A stretch of DNA of 64,000 nt from Scyliorhinus canicula (GCF_902713615.1 NC_052164.1:19394114-19458113); one strand, 5' to 3'. Numbered from the stretch's first letter, positions 13,501 to 27,019 are shown. The notes: a model not told the origin generated them from the letters alone. Made by a program: numbers and translations.

Positions 13501-14825
13501 GGTACACAACATTGATATACGAGAGAGAAATTAAACAGTGGGAGGAGGACAAGCAAGTTTGGTTGGTCAAAAATATTGGGTTTAAGGAGGGTGTTGGTAA
13601 CCAAGGGCACCTGTGAATTCAGGGACATTTGGCAGAACTTTTAAGACTGGCTTCATGATGCTTTCAAACTAGACTGACCAATTGTACAGAGGAAGTGGCA
13701 GAAGGAGCCAGCCAAGGCTCTGTAACTTCGTGGGCCCTTACACTGACACTACGGGGAATATCTAACCTCCCCAGGCCTAGTCAGACAGCCTTCTTGGCTA
13801 TGCACAAACCCACTCATGGTGTTTCAGATAATCTGTTCCCAGGAATTCTGACAAGATCAGAGTCATCGACGGTGGATTTTAATTCTAGTAATTAAGGTTA
13901 AGGATATATAGGTGGAGTGAGTTCATTAGATACAAATATATACAATGAGACATTTATTGACACTGCTGGTGAGTTCTTAAGATTGGAGTTATATATAGGA
14001 GACAGCCTCTTGGTGAAGGAGACAACCAAAAGTCAATCTTTACTCAGTTTTAGATTTATTCATATTAGAAATGTATAGCTCCCAACTCTACACTCCACCA
14101 GCAGTGTCTCTTTATATGTGCTCAAGTGATAATCTAATAAATCACCTCCATTTGTATATAGTTAACTTAATTTATAGGATTAATAATAGGTATAGCTAAT
14201 TTCAATTTCTCTTCCCCCACCCCACTCAGACCCACTTCCCTCTCTGCAAATTTCATGACCTCTTCTCCTTTCCAAACTTGAGCCATTTCTGGAGAGAGTT
14301 TTTTGAGCTTTGTTACATGTCTGCCATTCGCGGTGGGAACAATTTGGTTTGACAAATAAGTCTCATCCTACAATCAGTGTATTTGTATGATGTAAAAGTA
14401 AAAGCTCAATTTTTCACTATCTCATAAATTGAATTTCCTGATACCCAGAATCATTTTTGTTATTTATTCCTGTCTTCTCAAGGCAATAATATTCTTGCGA
14501 TTTTAAACTAAAGAAATCGAGCTTCAAAGCTTAATTCATGCAGGAGAAAGCAAGATAGAGATTGGATAAAAGTCAGCTCCATCCCTTGTGTGTTTACTGC
14601 TAGTTGGTGTGGAATAGTAGATGGTTATTCACGATTATCAAAATATAACTAATTACTCTCAGCCACCGCTTTAATAAAATGAAATCAGAATCTCAGGCAT
14701 TTCTGTGACTTTTATTTGTTTCACAATATTACAATTTAGTTTTATGAAATATCTCCAAAACTACAATAAATAGGTGAACAATATTGCTACTTCAGTGCTC
14801 AGGTCATTGCGATTTTTTTTTTTTA

Positions 14826-15178
14826 CATAGAATTTACAGTGCAGAAGGAGGCCATTTGGCCCATCGAGTCTGCACCGGCTCTTGGAAAGAGCGCCCTACC
14901 CCCTATCCAAGGTCAACACCTCCACCCTATCCCCATTACCCAGTAACCCCACCCAACACTAAGGGCAATTTTGGATACTAAGGGCAATTTATCATGGCCA
15001 ATCCACCTAACCCGCTCATCTTTGGACTGTGGGAGGAAACCGGAGCACCCGGAGGAAACCCACGCACACACGGGGAGGATGTGCAGACTCCGCACAGACA
15101 GTGACCCAAGCCGGAATCGAACCTAGGACCCTGGAGCTGTGAAGCGATTGTGCTAGCCACAAGGCTACCGTGCTGCCC
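14826..15178 (-). mobile_element. HE1-type long V-SINE
   Basis: Near-identical to the copy at 39220-39563. Confidence 0.85.
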
Positions 15179-15410
15179 CTTTGCGATATGAACATTTTCC
15201 CTTGCTTATTTCCCCAAAGTTGAGAACAAGCATTACAGTAATCAGGAAAATAAATTAGATACAAAACGCTGGAACATGGAAATGAGGAAGATTGGTGGAA
15301 AGAAAACAATCAGTCGCGGCGTTTGGGAAACATTTTCCACAGTACATATTGCATTGCTCTTTCAAATGTTTCTTCAGATCTTCACCAATTCTCTCTTGAA
15401 TTTGGGGATA

Positions 15411-15636
15411 GGGCAGCACGGTGGCCTTGTGGTTAGCACAGCTGCCTCACGGCGCTGAGGTCCCCGGTTCGATCCCGGCTCTGGGTCACTGTCCGTGTGG
15501 AGTTTGCACATTCTCCCCGTGTTTGCGGGGGTTTCGCCCCCACAACCCAAAGATGCGCAGAGTAGGTGGATTGGCCATGCTAAATTGCCCCTTAATTGGA
15601 AAAAATAATTGGGTACTCTAAATTTATTTTTAAAAA
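15411..15636 (+). mobile_element. Short V-SINE with TSD
   Basis: Flanked by the direct repeat GAATTTGGGGAT. Confidence 0.88.
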
Positions 15637-16282
15637 GAATTTGGGGATTGGCCCAGTCCTCAATGCCTTTCTTGGTGGTTTGGTTCAACTCATATATCCA
15701 ACTCCCTATGTGTAAAACAGCAACATTTAATATGCATTTTCACCCTCCATCATAAAGCTCTTCCCTCTTGTCGAATTTGGAACAAAGTTAAAGCTTTTGA
15801 TGTCTAACAAGATTGTGACTACATCTATAAGGTCACCACATACCTTTTAGTCTCCGGTGTAAAGATTCACAGCTTCTGCAGTCTCTCATTATTCAGGTGC
15901 CTAGTCCCTGATTTAAATTTCGTATCCCTTTCACTGCCTCACATTTTTAATCAATGAACATGTTAATAGCTGTACTGACTCACCAAGTAAAATCTAAGGG
16001 ACATGGAGAGCAACAACGACATTGACCACATGTGGACATTTTGCTAACCTATTAATGAGTTTATAAAATGGTGGTTTGACTTCCAATCTTGAATAAAATT
16101 TCACTTTTTTTCCTTCATTGCTTTAACTATACTCACTGAAAATAAAAGGTATTGGTTGTATTGCTAAGTAAAGCACAAATTTAGGCTATTGCAGCCTTTC
16201 TCTTTGATTTGCAGTATAAAGTATTGATAGTGGATATAGTCTGGCCTTCTTTTGGTCAGCTCCAAGGAATCTATGGCATGGG

Positions 16283-17307
16283 TATGGTGATATGCCTGTG
16301 AATAATACTGCATACACTCAGCAATGCGACCTCCCACCAGCAGGTGGCGTCCGAGATGAGTCACGTGACATCCAGCTACCGACAGTTGGTAGTAAGGCGT
16401 ACACAAGGACAGTCGCACATGGGGTAGTTCCAGAGAAACCTAGTCTGGATAGATTCTGCATATTATCCTTCCACGTGTTAAATAATAAATCATCAAAATG
16501 AAATTTGCCTTCCGAGGGTCAGACGACGGCTTCCACAGAACGTGGGAGCCATTCACCCAATTGTTCCGGGACCTGTTTGTGGCCAACCAACAAGGAGAAG
16601 AATAGCCAGGTGACCAAGAACTAGGGGAAAGTAGCCAAAGCATGAGAGGGAGAGATAGTCCGGGAGAGGGGGGGTGGGGGGGACAACTAAATCTAAGAGG
16701 AAGGAAAGGCGAACCACAGGGGGGAGGAGGCGAAGGCGGAGGAAGGGGGGGAAGAGGGAAGAGACAGGGAATGATAGAGGAGCGTCAGGGAGGTGGGGGG
16801 GGGGGGGGGGTGGGGGGGGGGGGGGGGGATGCAGGGAAATTTTAACAAACTTGGCATCCACAGGAACAGAGAAAAAGGAGAATACAGGCGGAAGACGGGA
16901 GGGCAGGCTGAAGCGGAAGTGAGCACGAGACGACAATGGCAGCGAGATCCGTCCGGGAGAAGCAAGGGACAACATCAACTCCCAACCCATTCGAGTATTG
17001 CCCTCCGTAATTGGTCCCCCCCCCCGCCGGGTGCATAATACCCAACCAGTTACTTCATTTGATTTTGTATTTCTCTCGTGGTGTTACGTTTTTTTTTACT
17101 TCTCTCTGGAATTTGTGTGTGTGCCCTTCTCTTCTATATATATATATAATTATATATATCATATTCTGTGTATGTAACGGCAAATATACTTTGTTCAAAA
17201 CCCCAATAAAAAACATTTATATAGAAAAAAAAAGAAATCATCATTCTGAGTAAGTCATCAGCAGTTCTGTATGAATCATTGCAAAGACAAGACAACAGAA
17301 CACAACA
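16283..17307 (+). mobile_element. Solo LTR (Ty3/gypsy-like) split by an L1 insertion
   Basis: 5-bp TSD ATGGG at 16278-16282 and 17308-17312. Ends TATGGTG...CACAACA (imperfect terminal inverted repeat). AATAAA at ~16484. Confidence 0.7.
16496..17234 (+). mobile_element. 5'-truncated L1 (ORF2 C-terminus, G-rich 3' UTR, polyA)
   Basis: Reads KMKFAFRGSDDGFHRTWEPFTQLF...*; AATAAA near 17205; A-tail; 9-bp TSD AAATCATCA at 16487-16495 and 17235-17243. Confidence 0.85.
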
Positions 17308-18973
17308 ATGGGTGGTTTCTGGAGCTGGGGTACGAGAAGGTATAGACATTCCAGCAGTCAAGGATGCACACAGGGATACTGAATTTGCACATTTTCAGAA
17401 CATACTTGACTATCAGTCCAGTATCAGTGGAATGTCATTTTGGACACGCTTGTCTGATATAAATAATGTCTTAAGGAACAAAATGGCTTCAAAATGAAGG
17501 TGAGTCAGATTTCTCTTTGCTTCTCGATGTCAGACTGGACTAAAGCTGGATTCAGGTTGTATTTGTAACAAACCGCTCATGCAAAGCGGTTCTGCCTTTC
17601 ACAGATGCTGCACATACCGTGTAAATGAACTCTAATTTTGACCACAAGCACATGCTCAGTTTTTTGGCAGCTGCAAACATCCCCAAAGTCTGCCTGAGTC
17701 ACCTCCCCAACTGAATTTCCCCCCCCCCCCAGTTGCTGAAGGAAAGGAATGTTGGCATGACCGTGCAGTGTGAGAGCAACAAACATCTGGAAAAGGAAAG
17801 AAGCACAACGGGATTGTTTTGTAAACTTTTCATGGAAATATACCTTGTGAGCCGCTGATTTTCATCTGAGAGAGGAGATGCTGAAACAAACTCAGTTTGC
17901 CCTCTTAGCTGGGCATATAAGATCCCATGGCACTATTGCAAAGCAAGACAGGAGAGTGATCCCCAGTGTCTGGGCAATATTTATCCCTCAGTCAATATCA
18001 CTAAATAAAACCCAACGATATGTTGCCATTTGTTGGATCTTTCTGTGCACGATTTGGCCATTGCATTTCCTACATTACAACAGTGACCACACTTCTGAAG
18101 TACCTCTTTGATTGTACAGCATCTTTGGGACACGCTACGGTTACGAAAACACTATGTAAATGTCAGTCTTTCTCCTTCTCTATCTCTCCTGCTGCTGCCA
18201 ATTCTGTAGCTGTATCGTCTGCTCCAACATCAAGTGATTGAGCTGCCCCTCTCACTCCTAGCCTCCACGCTCTCCTGCTCCTGACGATGCCAGGCTTCAC
18301 ATTCTGCTGCCTCACCTGTCACTCCTGCCAGTTTTCCTGTCGTTGCTGCCACTGTCGCGTCTGCCAACTCTACTGTAGCTGCTGCCACTCCTGTTGGCTG
18401 CCAGCTCTTGTGTGACTGCTGTCTCTCACGAGGCGGCCGGTGCCCGGATGTGCAGAGAGCCCTGGGTTAAAATGGTTCATCTTTGCATTCTGAGAAATCC
18501 TAGTGAAACAGAGGAGGTTTTCACACATTCTGATGTAGCCAGGTGTTCCTAATTAACACGCTTGTACCAGCCAGAACTGGGCCGCCAACATTCAAAAATA
18601 AAAGAGTGATTAACGTGGTATTTGAACAAGATAACGAGATGTTGGAACAGAACTGATATCAGAAAGTCTGTCTTCCTATCGCGATCCAAGCTCTTAGAAA
18701 AAAGGAGCAAAATGCCTCACTTGGAATTTGACAGACTAATTAAAATTTGGCAATTACAGTTTCTGACCTGGCTTCCTTCAATCGAGTGATTCCCTGGAAA
18801 GGAACCCAAGTGTTGGATTTGGCCATCTTCATTTGTCGCTATCAGTCATGACTCTTTTTAGTATTTCTTTGTGATATGATAGACTATTTAATGTGGTGCA
18901 TTGATTCCCCAATTCTGAAGCCATTCAAGGAGGCCAGCAGGTTTTCAAAGTCAGGTGGTTTTTGGAAGACTTA

Positions 18974-19674
18974 GGGCGCGATTCTCCGCACTCATGACGG
19001 GGTGGAGAATAGCGGGCGGCGCAAATTTTTACGGCGACGCTGGTCCGACACCCACCCGCTATTCTCCCCCCCCCCCATGCCCGCCCCCCGACACGAATCG
19101 CTGCTCGACGTTTTTTTACGGCGAGCAGCGATTCTCCCCTGGCCGATGGGCCGATTTCCAAGGCTTTTACGGCCGTTTTCACGATTTTTAATACACCTGC
19201 TATACCAGTTCATGAAAACGGCCGCAAAGTGCCGTTCTGCACAACCATGCCACCGATTGGCACGGTCGCACCACGGCCGTGCCAAGGGTGGCATGGGCCC
19301 GCGATCGGTGCACTCTTTCTCCCTCCGCCGCCCCGCAGGATAAGTCCACGGGGCGGCTGAGGGGTATTACGGACCGCGCATGCGCGGGTCTGACACATAT
19401 GCGCGGATGACATCATCCGCGCATGCGCGGGTTGGAGTCGTCCAATCCGCGCATGTGCGGCTGACGTCATCATATGCATCAGCCGTCGCTAACTTTGGCG
19501 CGCGGGCTTAACGAATTTCGTTAAGCCCGCGATGCCGGAGTTCACGGGGCCGCGATGCTAGCCCTGACCGGGGAGCAGAATCAGGTCCCGGGAGGGGGCG
19601 CAGAGGCTGCCGTTAAACACGGCCGGTTTCGTGGCAGCCTTCACGACTCTCTGCCTTTGCGGAGAATCGCGCCC
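18974..19674. mobile_element. Non-autonomous PIF/Harbinger-type MITE
   Basis: 17-bp perfect terminal inverted repeat (TIR) GGGCGCGATTCTCCGCA / TGCGGAGAATCGCGCCC; 3-bp TSD TTA at 18971-18973 and 19675-19677; CpG-rich, no recognisable protein. Confidence 0.85.
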
Positions 19675-19694
19675 TTAGATCTTGGGCAGACATG

Positions 19695-19950
19695 GGTGGG
19701 ATTCTCCGTCCTGCCGAATCCGTTTTCAGGTGCGGCGCGCGCCAGCTGGCAGTGGTATCCTCCGTCCTGGCAGCCGGCCAATGGGGTTTCCCATTGTGGG
19801 CACTGCCACGCCATTGGCAAATCCACGGGTGTGAGTGCGCTGCCGGCGAAGCGGAGGATCCTGCCAACGGGGCTCTTTCAAAACATGGTGGCCAAGGTGC
19901 TCTGTTTTCTGTCGCTCTGATCGGGAACCCTGATTGGGCGGAGAATGGAG
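19695..19950. mobile_element. Older Harbinger-like MITE
   Basis: Degenerate GGG(T/C)GGGATTCTCCG...CGGAGAAT termini; internal sequence similar to ~30091-30301. Confidence 0.45.
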
Positions 19951-20584
19951 TGTTGGCTGAAAAATGGGATCCCCAAGTGTCCCAGGGGTTGGGTGGGCTT
20001 GGGCTATGGGTGAGGGTTTGATCTCGGTACCTACCCTGGGATGGGAGTCCCATGCATGGACTGCCCTTCAATCCCTGGGTAACCCAAAGATCACCCTTGG
20101 AATGGTGATCTGAGGCAGCCCTCTGTTCAACAGCATCATCTTGGTGGCCTCCTCATACTGAACTGCTCTTTCTGACACCTTGAAAAAGCTTGAAATCCCC
20201 TGAGATTCTTTGAAATTCTAAGCATTCATTCATTTTCACAGAGCAATACCTTTCGCCAGCCTATGATTGCCAGCTTAAGCTTAATGGTTCAGACACCGCT
20301 GCTAGGGGCTTTGTTTATTTATCTTTCCTTTCACCCTTGAATGCATCTTAAGTCCCCTCATTGATTCTAACCACAATGTTTATAAACACTCTTGTTATGA
20401 GTGACAGCTCCTCACCATATCAACAAATCTAAATGGTTTCACTTGCTCTTTTTAACCGCTGATGCGGCTGAGAGTGGGGGGTGGGGGGGTGATGGTGGTG
20501 ATGGTGGCTGGAGGGGGTGGGTGCTGAGGGGGGGATTAAGAGGAGGCTGAGAAGTCGGGCCAACCTCATGCGAGTGTGGTGTGT

Positions 20585-20872
20585 GGGTTACCTGTCACAG
20601 CGCCAGGGTCGCAGGTTCGATTCCCGGCTTGGGTAACTGTCTGTGCGGAGTCTGCACATTCTCCCAGTGTCTGCGTGGGTTTCCTCCGGGTGCTCCAGTT
20701 TCCTCCTGCAAGTCCCAAAAGGCGTGCTTGTTAGGTGAATTGGACATTCTGAATTCTCCCTCAGTGTACCCGAACAAGCGCCGGAGTGTGGCGACAAGTG
20801 GATTTTCACAGTAACTTCATTGCAGCGTTAATGTAAGCCTAATTGTAACACTAATAAAGATTATTATTATTC
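20585..20872 (+). mobile_element. Chimeric SINE: V-SINE head/core with family-B 3' tail
   Basis: V-domain followed by TTGGACATTCTGAATTCTCCCTCAGTGTACCCGAACA..CGCCGGAGTGTGGCGAC...AATAAAGATTATTATT. Further copies at ~44220-44412, ~46705-46952 and ~51500-51640. Confidence 0.8.
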
Positions 20873-21140
20873 CCGTGATGGAGGGAAGGATGCCCTTCCT
20901 TGATGAGGTATTTGGGGTGCTCCACTTGCTGGTGGGGGTGGGGGGTCAACATTTGCGCTGCAGGACTTTGGGATCGGGACATCCATTCCAGAAGGCAGCC
21001 CGAGCCGGAGAGTGATGGAAATCCGACAAGCTTGCCGGCTCTGCATATATTTGCATACCAAAGGACTGTGAGTTGCATCTGGGTGCCACTCCCAAAGGCA
21101 GCGGGGACCAGTCCCAAATTTCTGCTGGTGGGAGCACTTA

Positions 21141-21753
21141 GGGTGCGATTCTATGAGCCCCGCGCTGGGCTAGAGAATTGCCGCAACCGCGCCACGATGC
21201 CAGGGCGCGATTCTCCGAGGTGCGGAAAATCAGCGCCATTTGCGCCGGCGCGTTTGATGCGGCGCCAGCCGCGGGCTGCTGGAAATGGCGGGGCGCGCCG
21301 ATACTCCGGCCCGGATGGGCCGAGCGGCCTTGCAGATACGGCAGAGTCCCATCGGTACCGTTCACCCCTGGTCGTTGCCAGTGGGAACTCTGCGCGAAGG
21401 GTCGGGGGTCAACCTGTGGGGCGGGGAAAAGCGCTCCTTCACCGGGGGGGGGGGGGGGGCCTCCGATGGGGTCTGGCCCGCGAACGGGGTCCACCGATCA
21501 GTGGGCCGGCCTCTCCCCTCCCCAGGGCCTACTTTGTTGCGCAGCCAGCCCCTGAACCCCCGACGCCATGTTGAGTCGGGGCCGGCGCACTGAAGAAGAC
21601 CCCCGTGCATGCGCGGGTTGGCGCGGCGCTCATTTGGTGCTGGGAAGGGAGGCTGGAGCGGTGTGAACCACTCCTGCGCCGTGCTGGCCCCCTGTGGGGC
21701 CAGAATCGGTCGTCCCCGTGCCCACTTGGTGTCCATTTTGGAGAATCGCCCCC
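21141..21753. mobile_element. PIF/Harbinger-type MITE
   Basis: Imperfect TIR GGGTGCGATTCT / AGAATCGCCCCC, preceded by TTA and followed by GTA; internal GGGCGCGATTCTCC repeat; CpG-rich. Confidence 0.65.
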
Positions 21754-22829
21754 GTAGTCTCCGGAACAAAGAATGCGGCCCATCTTCGAAAGCTGAAGCA
21801 CGGCAGATATTGCAACATTTATGCAAATTTAAATGCTTTTGCCTAAACGTACACAATGTTCATTGGGTCTCTTGAAGCAGTTTATGAGCTTTACTTTGTA
21901 AACATGGAGAGAAAGTAAGGTGCAAACACCACCGAAAATAATAATATATTCAGCAAAAGCTAGGAATTGGAGCCGATGAAGAAGAAAGAGAGTAAACCAG
22001 AGGTGACAACATGTCGCACGAGACCTCCAAGGTGCTGCCAGGGCATCCCAGAGGAAAGTAGAACTGTCTGACACCATGGCAACCAGTTTACTCCCAGAGG
22101 AGAGGTTGGTCTTCTGCTCAATGCAACTGAAGAATAATACCAGTGGTATGTCAATTACAGTCTGGACTGCAATCCTGGTTGCCGCACACAATTTTGTTGC
22201 CCGGTTACCGCTTGTGTGACTGACCATGGGCCGGTTGTTCTCTGACTGGGACTGACTATAGGCTGATTGGGACGGTTGTGGACTAATTATGGGCTGACTG
22301 TCCCTCCTAATTTATATGTTTCAGCTTCTAACCACAACATCATGGACGTTGGGATTTTGCATTTTAATTATATAGTCCATTTTCGTACATCATGAGATGG
22401 TATATTATTAAATATCTAAATATTTATCTATTATATGCTGTTCATGCACCAAATCAAGTGCGTACTGTCAGATTTTGGGGGTTCATGCTCCTCGATCCTC
22501 CTCACCCCAAGCCTCACTCCTTCCACAACCACCAATTTGCAAACTAAATCTTTTGCATGGTGTACAGTATTCTTATTTCTAGAACTGTCATCCTTTTCCC
22601 CCTCCCTGCCACGGGCAATTTATATCCCATAAAGCCATTTTTTCTCCATTTGCATTAACTGTAGCATAGTAGTCAGTTAGGACAAAGTTGGTCGACACAT
22701 TGTAGATGTGCAAGGAGTAGCCATAGGTCTGTGTGTGTGTGTGTGGGTGGGTGTACGCTTTCTATATCTGAATGCGTGTGTCAGTATATCTTTGTGTGTG
22801 TGTTTCTTTCTGTGTGTTTCTGCATTTAT

Positions 22830-23120
22830 GTGCAGCGCCTCACAGCACCTGGGACCCGGGTTCGATTCCGACCTTGGGTGACTGTGGGGTTTGCACGTTC
22901 TCCCCGTGTCTGCGTGGGTTTCCATCGGGTGCTCCAGCTTCCTCCCACAGTCCATGGATGTGCAGGTTAGGTGGATTGGCTTTGCAAAATTGCCCCAAGT
23001 GGGATTACGGGGATAGGGCAGGGGATTGTGCCTCGGTTGGTTGCCCTTTCAGAGGGTCGGTGCACACTCGATGGGCGGAATGGCCTCCTTCAGCACTGCA
23101 GGGATTCTATGATTCTATGA
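22830..23120 (+). mobile_element. HE1-type long V-SINE preceded by (TG)n microsatellite-like tract (~22729-22820)
   Basis: V-domain plus (GATTCTAT)n tail. Confidence 0.8.
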
Positions 23121-24538
23121 TATCTTTTTAGTTGGGATTATAGTTTTCCTTATCTCGTCTCTACAGAACTAACTGAAGGAAAGGAGCATCAGAACAAGGT
23201 TGTGAAGCAGCTGCAAGAATAAATGAATGACTTCGGAAAACAACAGTATCGTCTCTAGGGACATGAGATTTGGCAGTGCAGTCTTGGCCATATTTAAACA
23301 AGCAACGTAACTCCAGACTCCAGTTGCTGTGATGATTGTGGCATCAATCTGTTTTATTTTTCCCTTATTTGCTGTTAGCTGCATCCACATGGTCCCCTCA
23401 CTGCAGATGGCATCAGGCACTACAGAGTAAGTGAACTCGAGACCTGTGAGACGGTCCACGGCATGAATTTTCATGGGTGTCGAAATCTGCCATCCGGCTA
23501 TCGGGCTTATTGGTCCTGCAATGGGACCGGCTACACAATGTGAACAATAACAGGGAGAATGACAGTCATAGGTCAGGATCCCCATTTGAGTATCCTAACC
23601 ACGGCATAGAACTAAATGAAACTGAGAACAATTATTGTGCAGGGGGCACAGTGGTTAAGATGAGATTGTTTAGCATTCAAAAAGGATGTTTGATTCAGCA
23701 AATTAGCATTTGAATCTGACTGCCTTTTGGAATAATAAATGAGGTGTTCAATTCTTTAAGCTGGCCTATTGTGTCAATGGACCAATGCACGCCTGTTGCT
23801 CTTGACTCGATATACCCTCGATATGTATAACATTAACTATGTGTCTGCTACCCGGAGATTTTCCCTCCTCTTGAATCTGAGCTTTGAAGACCAATGCAGA
23901 GGACAATTTTATTTCATACAAATGCGATTTGTCTAATTTTTAAATTATGATTTGGTCAAGTGCACACAAAATGTTTAAGCTGATTGATTCACGTTTGGAG
24001 CAATAGAATGACAGGGAACATTTCTGCTAAATGTTCACAAGTGTTAAATCTTTCAAGAGCCACCACACTGTGTAATAGAAAGGGGAACATTTCCTTCTCT
24101 TCATTCCGTTAAAAAGTATCCCTTGAATATTGAAGAGTGGTGAACTGGTCACAATTTTATTAATGCGGTAAAAATGAGTTCCTCAGCAAAACTAGGCATT
24201 TAAAAAAAAGATTTTGGGGTATTCAATTCTTATTTTTCCAATTAAGGGACAATTAGTGTGGCCAATTCACCTACCCTGCACATCCTTTTTGGTTGTGAGG
24301 GTGACACACACGCATACACGGGGAGAATATGCAAACCCCACACGGACAGTGACCCAGCGTCATGAGGCAGCAGTGCTAACCACTGTGCCACTGTGCCACC
24401 CCTAAAACAAGGCATTTTTAATGAGGGTGCCTCGTTGCCCACCTGTGAGTAAACTGATTTAAAATCATCAGAAATTATTTTGAAATTGAAGCTGAACCAT
24501 GTTAGTGCATGTTTTCTCATTGTACACTCTTCTACTTT

Positions 24539-25335
24539 CTTGGATTGGATTGGATTTGTTTATTGTCACGTGTACCGAGGTACAGTGGAAAGTATTTTTC
24601 TGCGAGCAGCTCAACAGATCATTAAGTTCATGAAAAGCAAAGAAAATACATAATATGGCAACACAAGGTACACAATGTAACTACATAGACACAAGCATCG
24701 GGTGAAGCACACAGTGGTGTAGTATTAATCAGGTCAGCCCATAAGAAGGTCGTTAAGGAGAGTGGTAACAGCGAGGAAGAAGCTGTTTTTAAGTCTGTTC
24801 GTGTGTGTTCTCAGACTTTTGTATCTCCTGCCGGTTGGAAGAGTGAGTAAGCCGGGTGGGAGGAGTCTTTGATTATACTGCCCACTTTCCCCAGGCAGCG
24901 GAAGGTATAGCTGGAGTCAATGAATGGGAGGCAGGTTTGTGTGATGGACTGGGCTGTGTTCACAACTCTCTGAAGTTTCTTGCAGTCTTGGGCCGAGCAG
25001 TTGCCATACCAGCCTGTGATGCAGCCAGATAGGATGCTTTCTATGGTACATCTGTAAAAGTTGGTAAGAGTTAATGTGGACATGCCAAATTTCCTTAGTT
25101 TCCTGAGGATGTATAGGCGCTGTTGTGCTTTCGTGGTGGTAGCGTCAACATGGGTGGGCCAGGACAGATTTTTGGTGATGTGCACCCCTAGAAATTTGAA
25201 GCTGCTAACCATTCTCCACCTCGGCCCCGTTGATGCTGACAGTGGTGTGTACAGTACTTGGCTTTCTGAAGTCAATGACTAGCTCTTTAGTTTTGCTGGC
25301 ATTGAGGGATAGATTGTTGGCGCTGCACCATGGCG
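24539..25335 (-). mobile_element. 5'-truncated Rex1/Babar-like LINE 3' end
   Basis: ORF 24811-25275: FKFLGVHI..NLSW..H...KAQQRLYILRKLRKFG...FYRCTIESILSGCITGWYGN...KLQRVV; AATAAA plus (TCCAA)n tail at ~24539-24565. Confidence 0.8.
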
Positions 25336-27019
25336 TGTTTTTGCCATGCCTAGTGGCACATGAGGCAGACAAAGCACGAGCTTACATCTGTTTCCAAAAC
25401 TAGTTTTCCCTGGAACAGGTTGCTGGCCTGTTGCCAGAGGCTGTATAGCTCGCTGGGCTCCACCCTGCACCAAACAGGCTGACCAGGAGACTCTCCCAGT
25501 CTATATTGCCTGCCAAAGGTGGATTGGAAGGATTTACAGGTTGGCCCGAAGTGGAATGATAAGCACCGTGGAATTGCCGCTCTGCTTCTTTTTACTTATC
25601 CTAGCCGGCAACTATACATTTCTCACCCAGACCTAGTGAGAAAATTGCAACATAGAATCTCTACAGTGCAGAAGGAGCCATTCAGCCCATCGAGTCTGCA
25701 TGGGCCCTTCGAAAAACCACATGCCACATCCCACGCCTTATTCCTTCAAACCCACCTTAAGGGGTAATTTAGCATGGCCAATGCACCTTTTCGGCACATC
25801 TTCTGACTGTGGGAGGAAACTGGAGCACCCGAAGGAAACATGGGGAGAATGTACAAACTCCACGCAGGCTGTCACCCAAGGTTGGAATCAAACCCAGGTC
25901 CCTGGTGCTGTGAGGCAGCAGTGTTAACCACAGTACTGCCCCTGCTGCCATAAACCAGTAAATTTAGAGGCCCCAGCCACTTTAGCAGGCGAGAATGTAA
26001 GCGTGTCGGATGGGTCAGGGGTGGTCAAGTGATCGGGTGTGTCAATGCCCGAGTAGCCCAGGAGTTAGAACTAGTTTGAATTCATTTAACTTTTCCTCGG
26101 TAACTATCTGCTCAGAGTTGAAACAATCAAAGTGTATTGGACAGTTCCAGGCTGTAGGGTAATTTCCCATCCGACGTTTAAACCTCTCATGCAGCCCTGG
26201 AATGGGGACCTCTAGCACACCTTCTGCAGTATCCTTGGGACCGCCATGCATTCCCTATTGGGCGAGCAGTCGCCTGCTTAATGGGGAATTGACCCTCCAC
26301 GAAAACCGCAGGGAGATCTGTCGCCGATCCCCCTGTGTCCTTCGCGACCACAGCATCAGTCATCAAGTCCTGAAGTGGGACTTGAACCTGGAAATTCTGG
26401 CTCAGAGGTAGGTTTACTCCCCACTGTGCCGCAAGATCTGCGTGTTGTATGCTACAATTTTAACATTTTTAATAGGAAAAGACTTTTAAAATGTATCTAC
26501 TAGCACCAGTGACCCTACGAAAAATAATGTTGTTTGCAGAGCCTTCTCAAACCAGTGCAATTGCTGTAATTACGCAATTGCAACACAGACACCAATTTTG
26601 TGTTCAGGGCCTGATCGGGAGTAATCAAATCTGGAACCAGTGTAAAAGATTGTGAAAAGCATAAACATAATTGGATTTGGGCATAATTTGCTTACGTTTA
26701 AAACTCGTTGTTGTTCTTCTAGCTGTTACCAACAAGACTGCACTAATATTACTGGGGTAAAGAAGTGGAAAGTCCACCTCATAATGTTATTTTCCTGCAG
26801 AATTGGGTCCAAATGCATTGTGCTAGCCTCAGAATAGCACCCTCTGCTGCACAAGTGTAACATTGCTATTTTCTGTATTTGCCCAAATGGTTTCAAACTC
26901 CAAGGAGCGTTGACTTCCAGTGGTAAGAAAACGTTAACATTTCTATTAGAGTCATTCACAACAATCAAAGGAACTTATTCTGTTTCATTTGCATAGGTTA
27001 AGATTAAAATCTTGTTTTT

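Noticed and set aside
18925-21875. Dense overlapping GC-rich ORFs (up to 224 aa)
   Set aside because: Stop-codon scarcity inside GC-rich MITEs and SINEs; no domain motifs.
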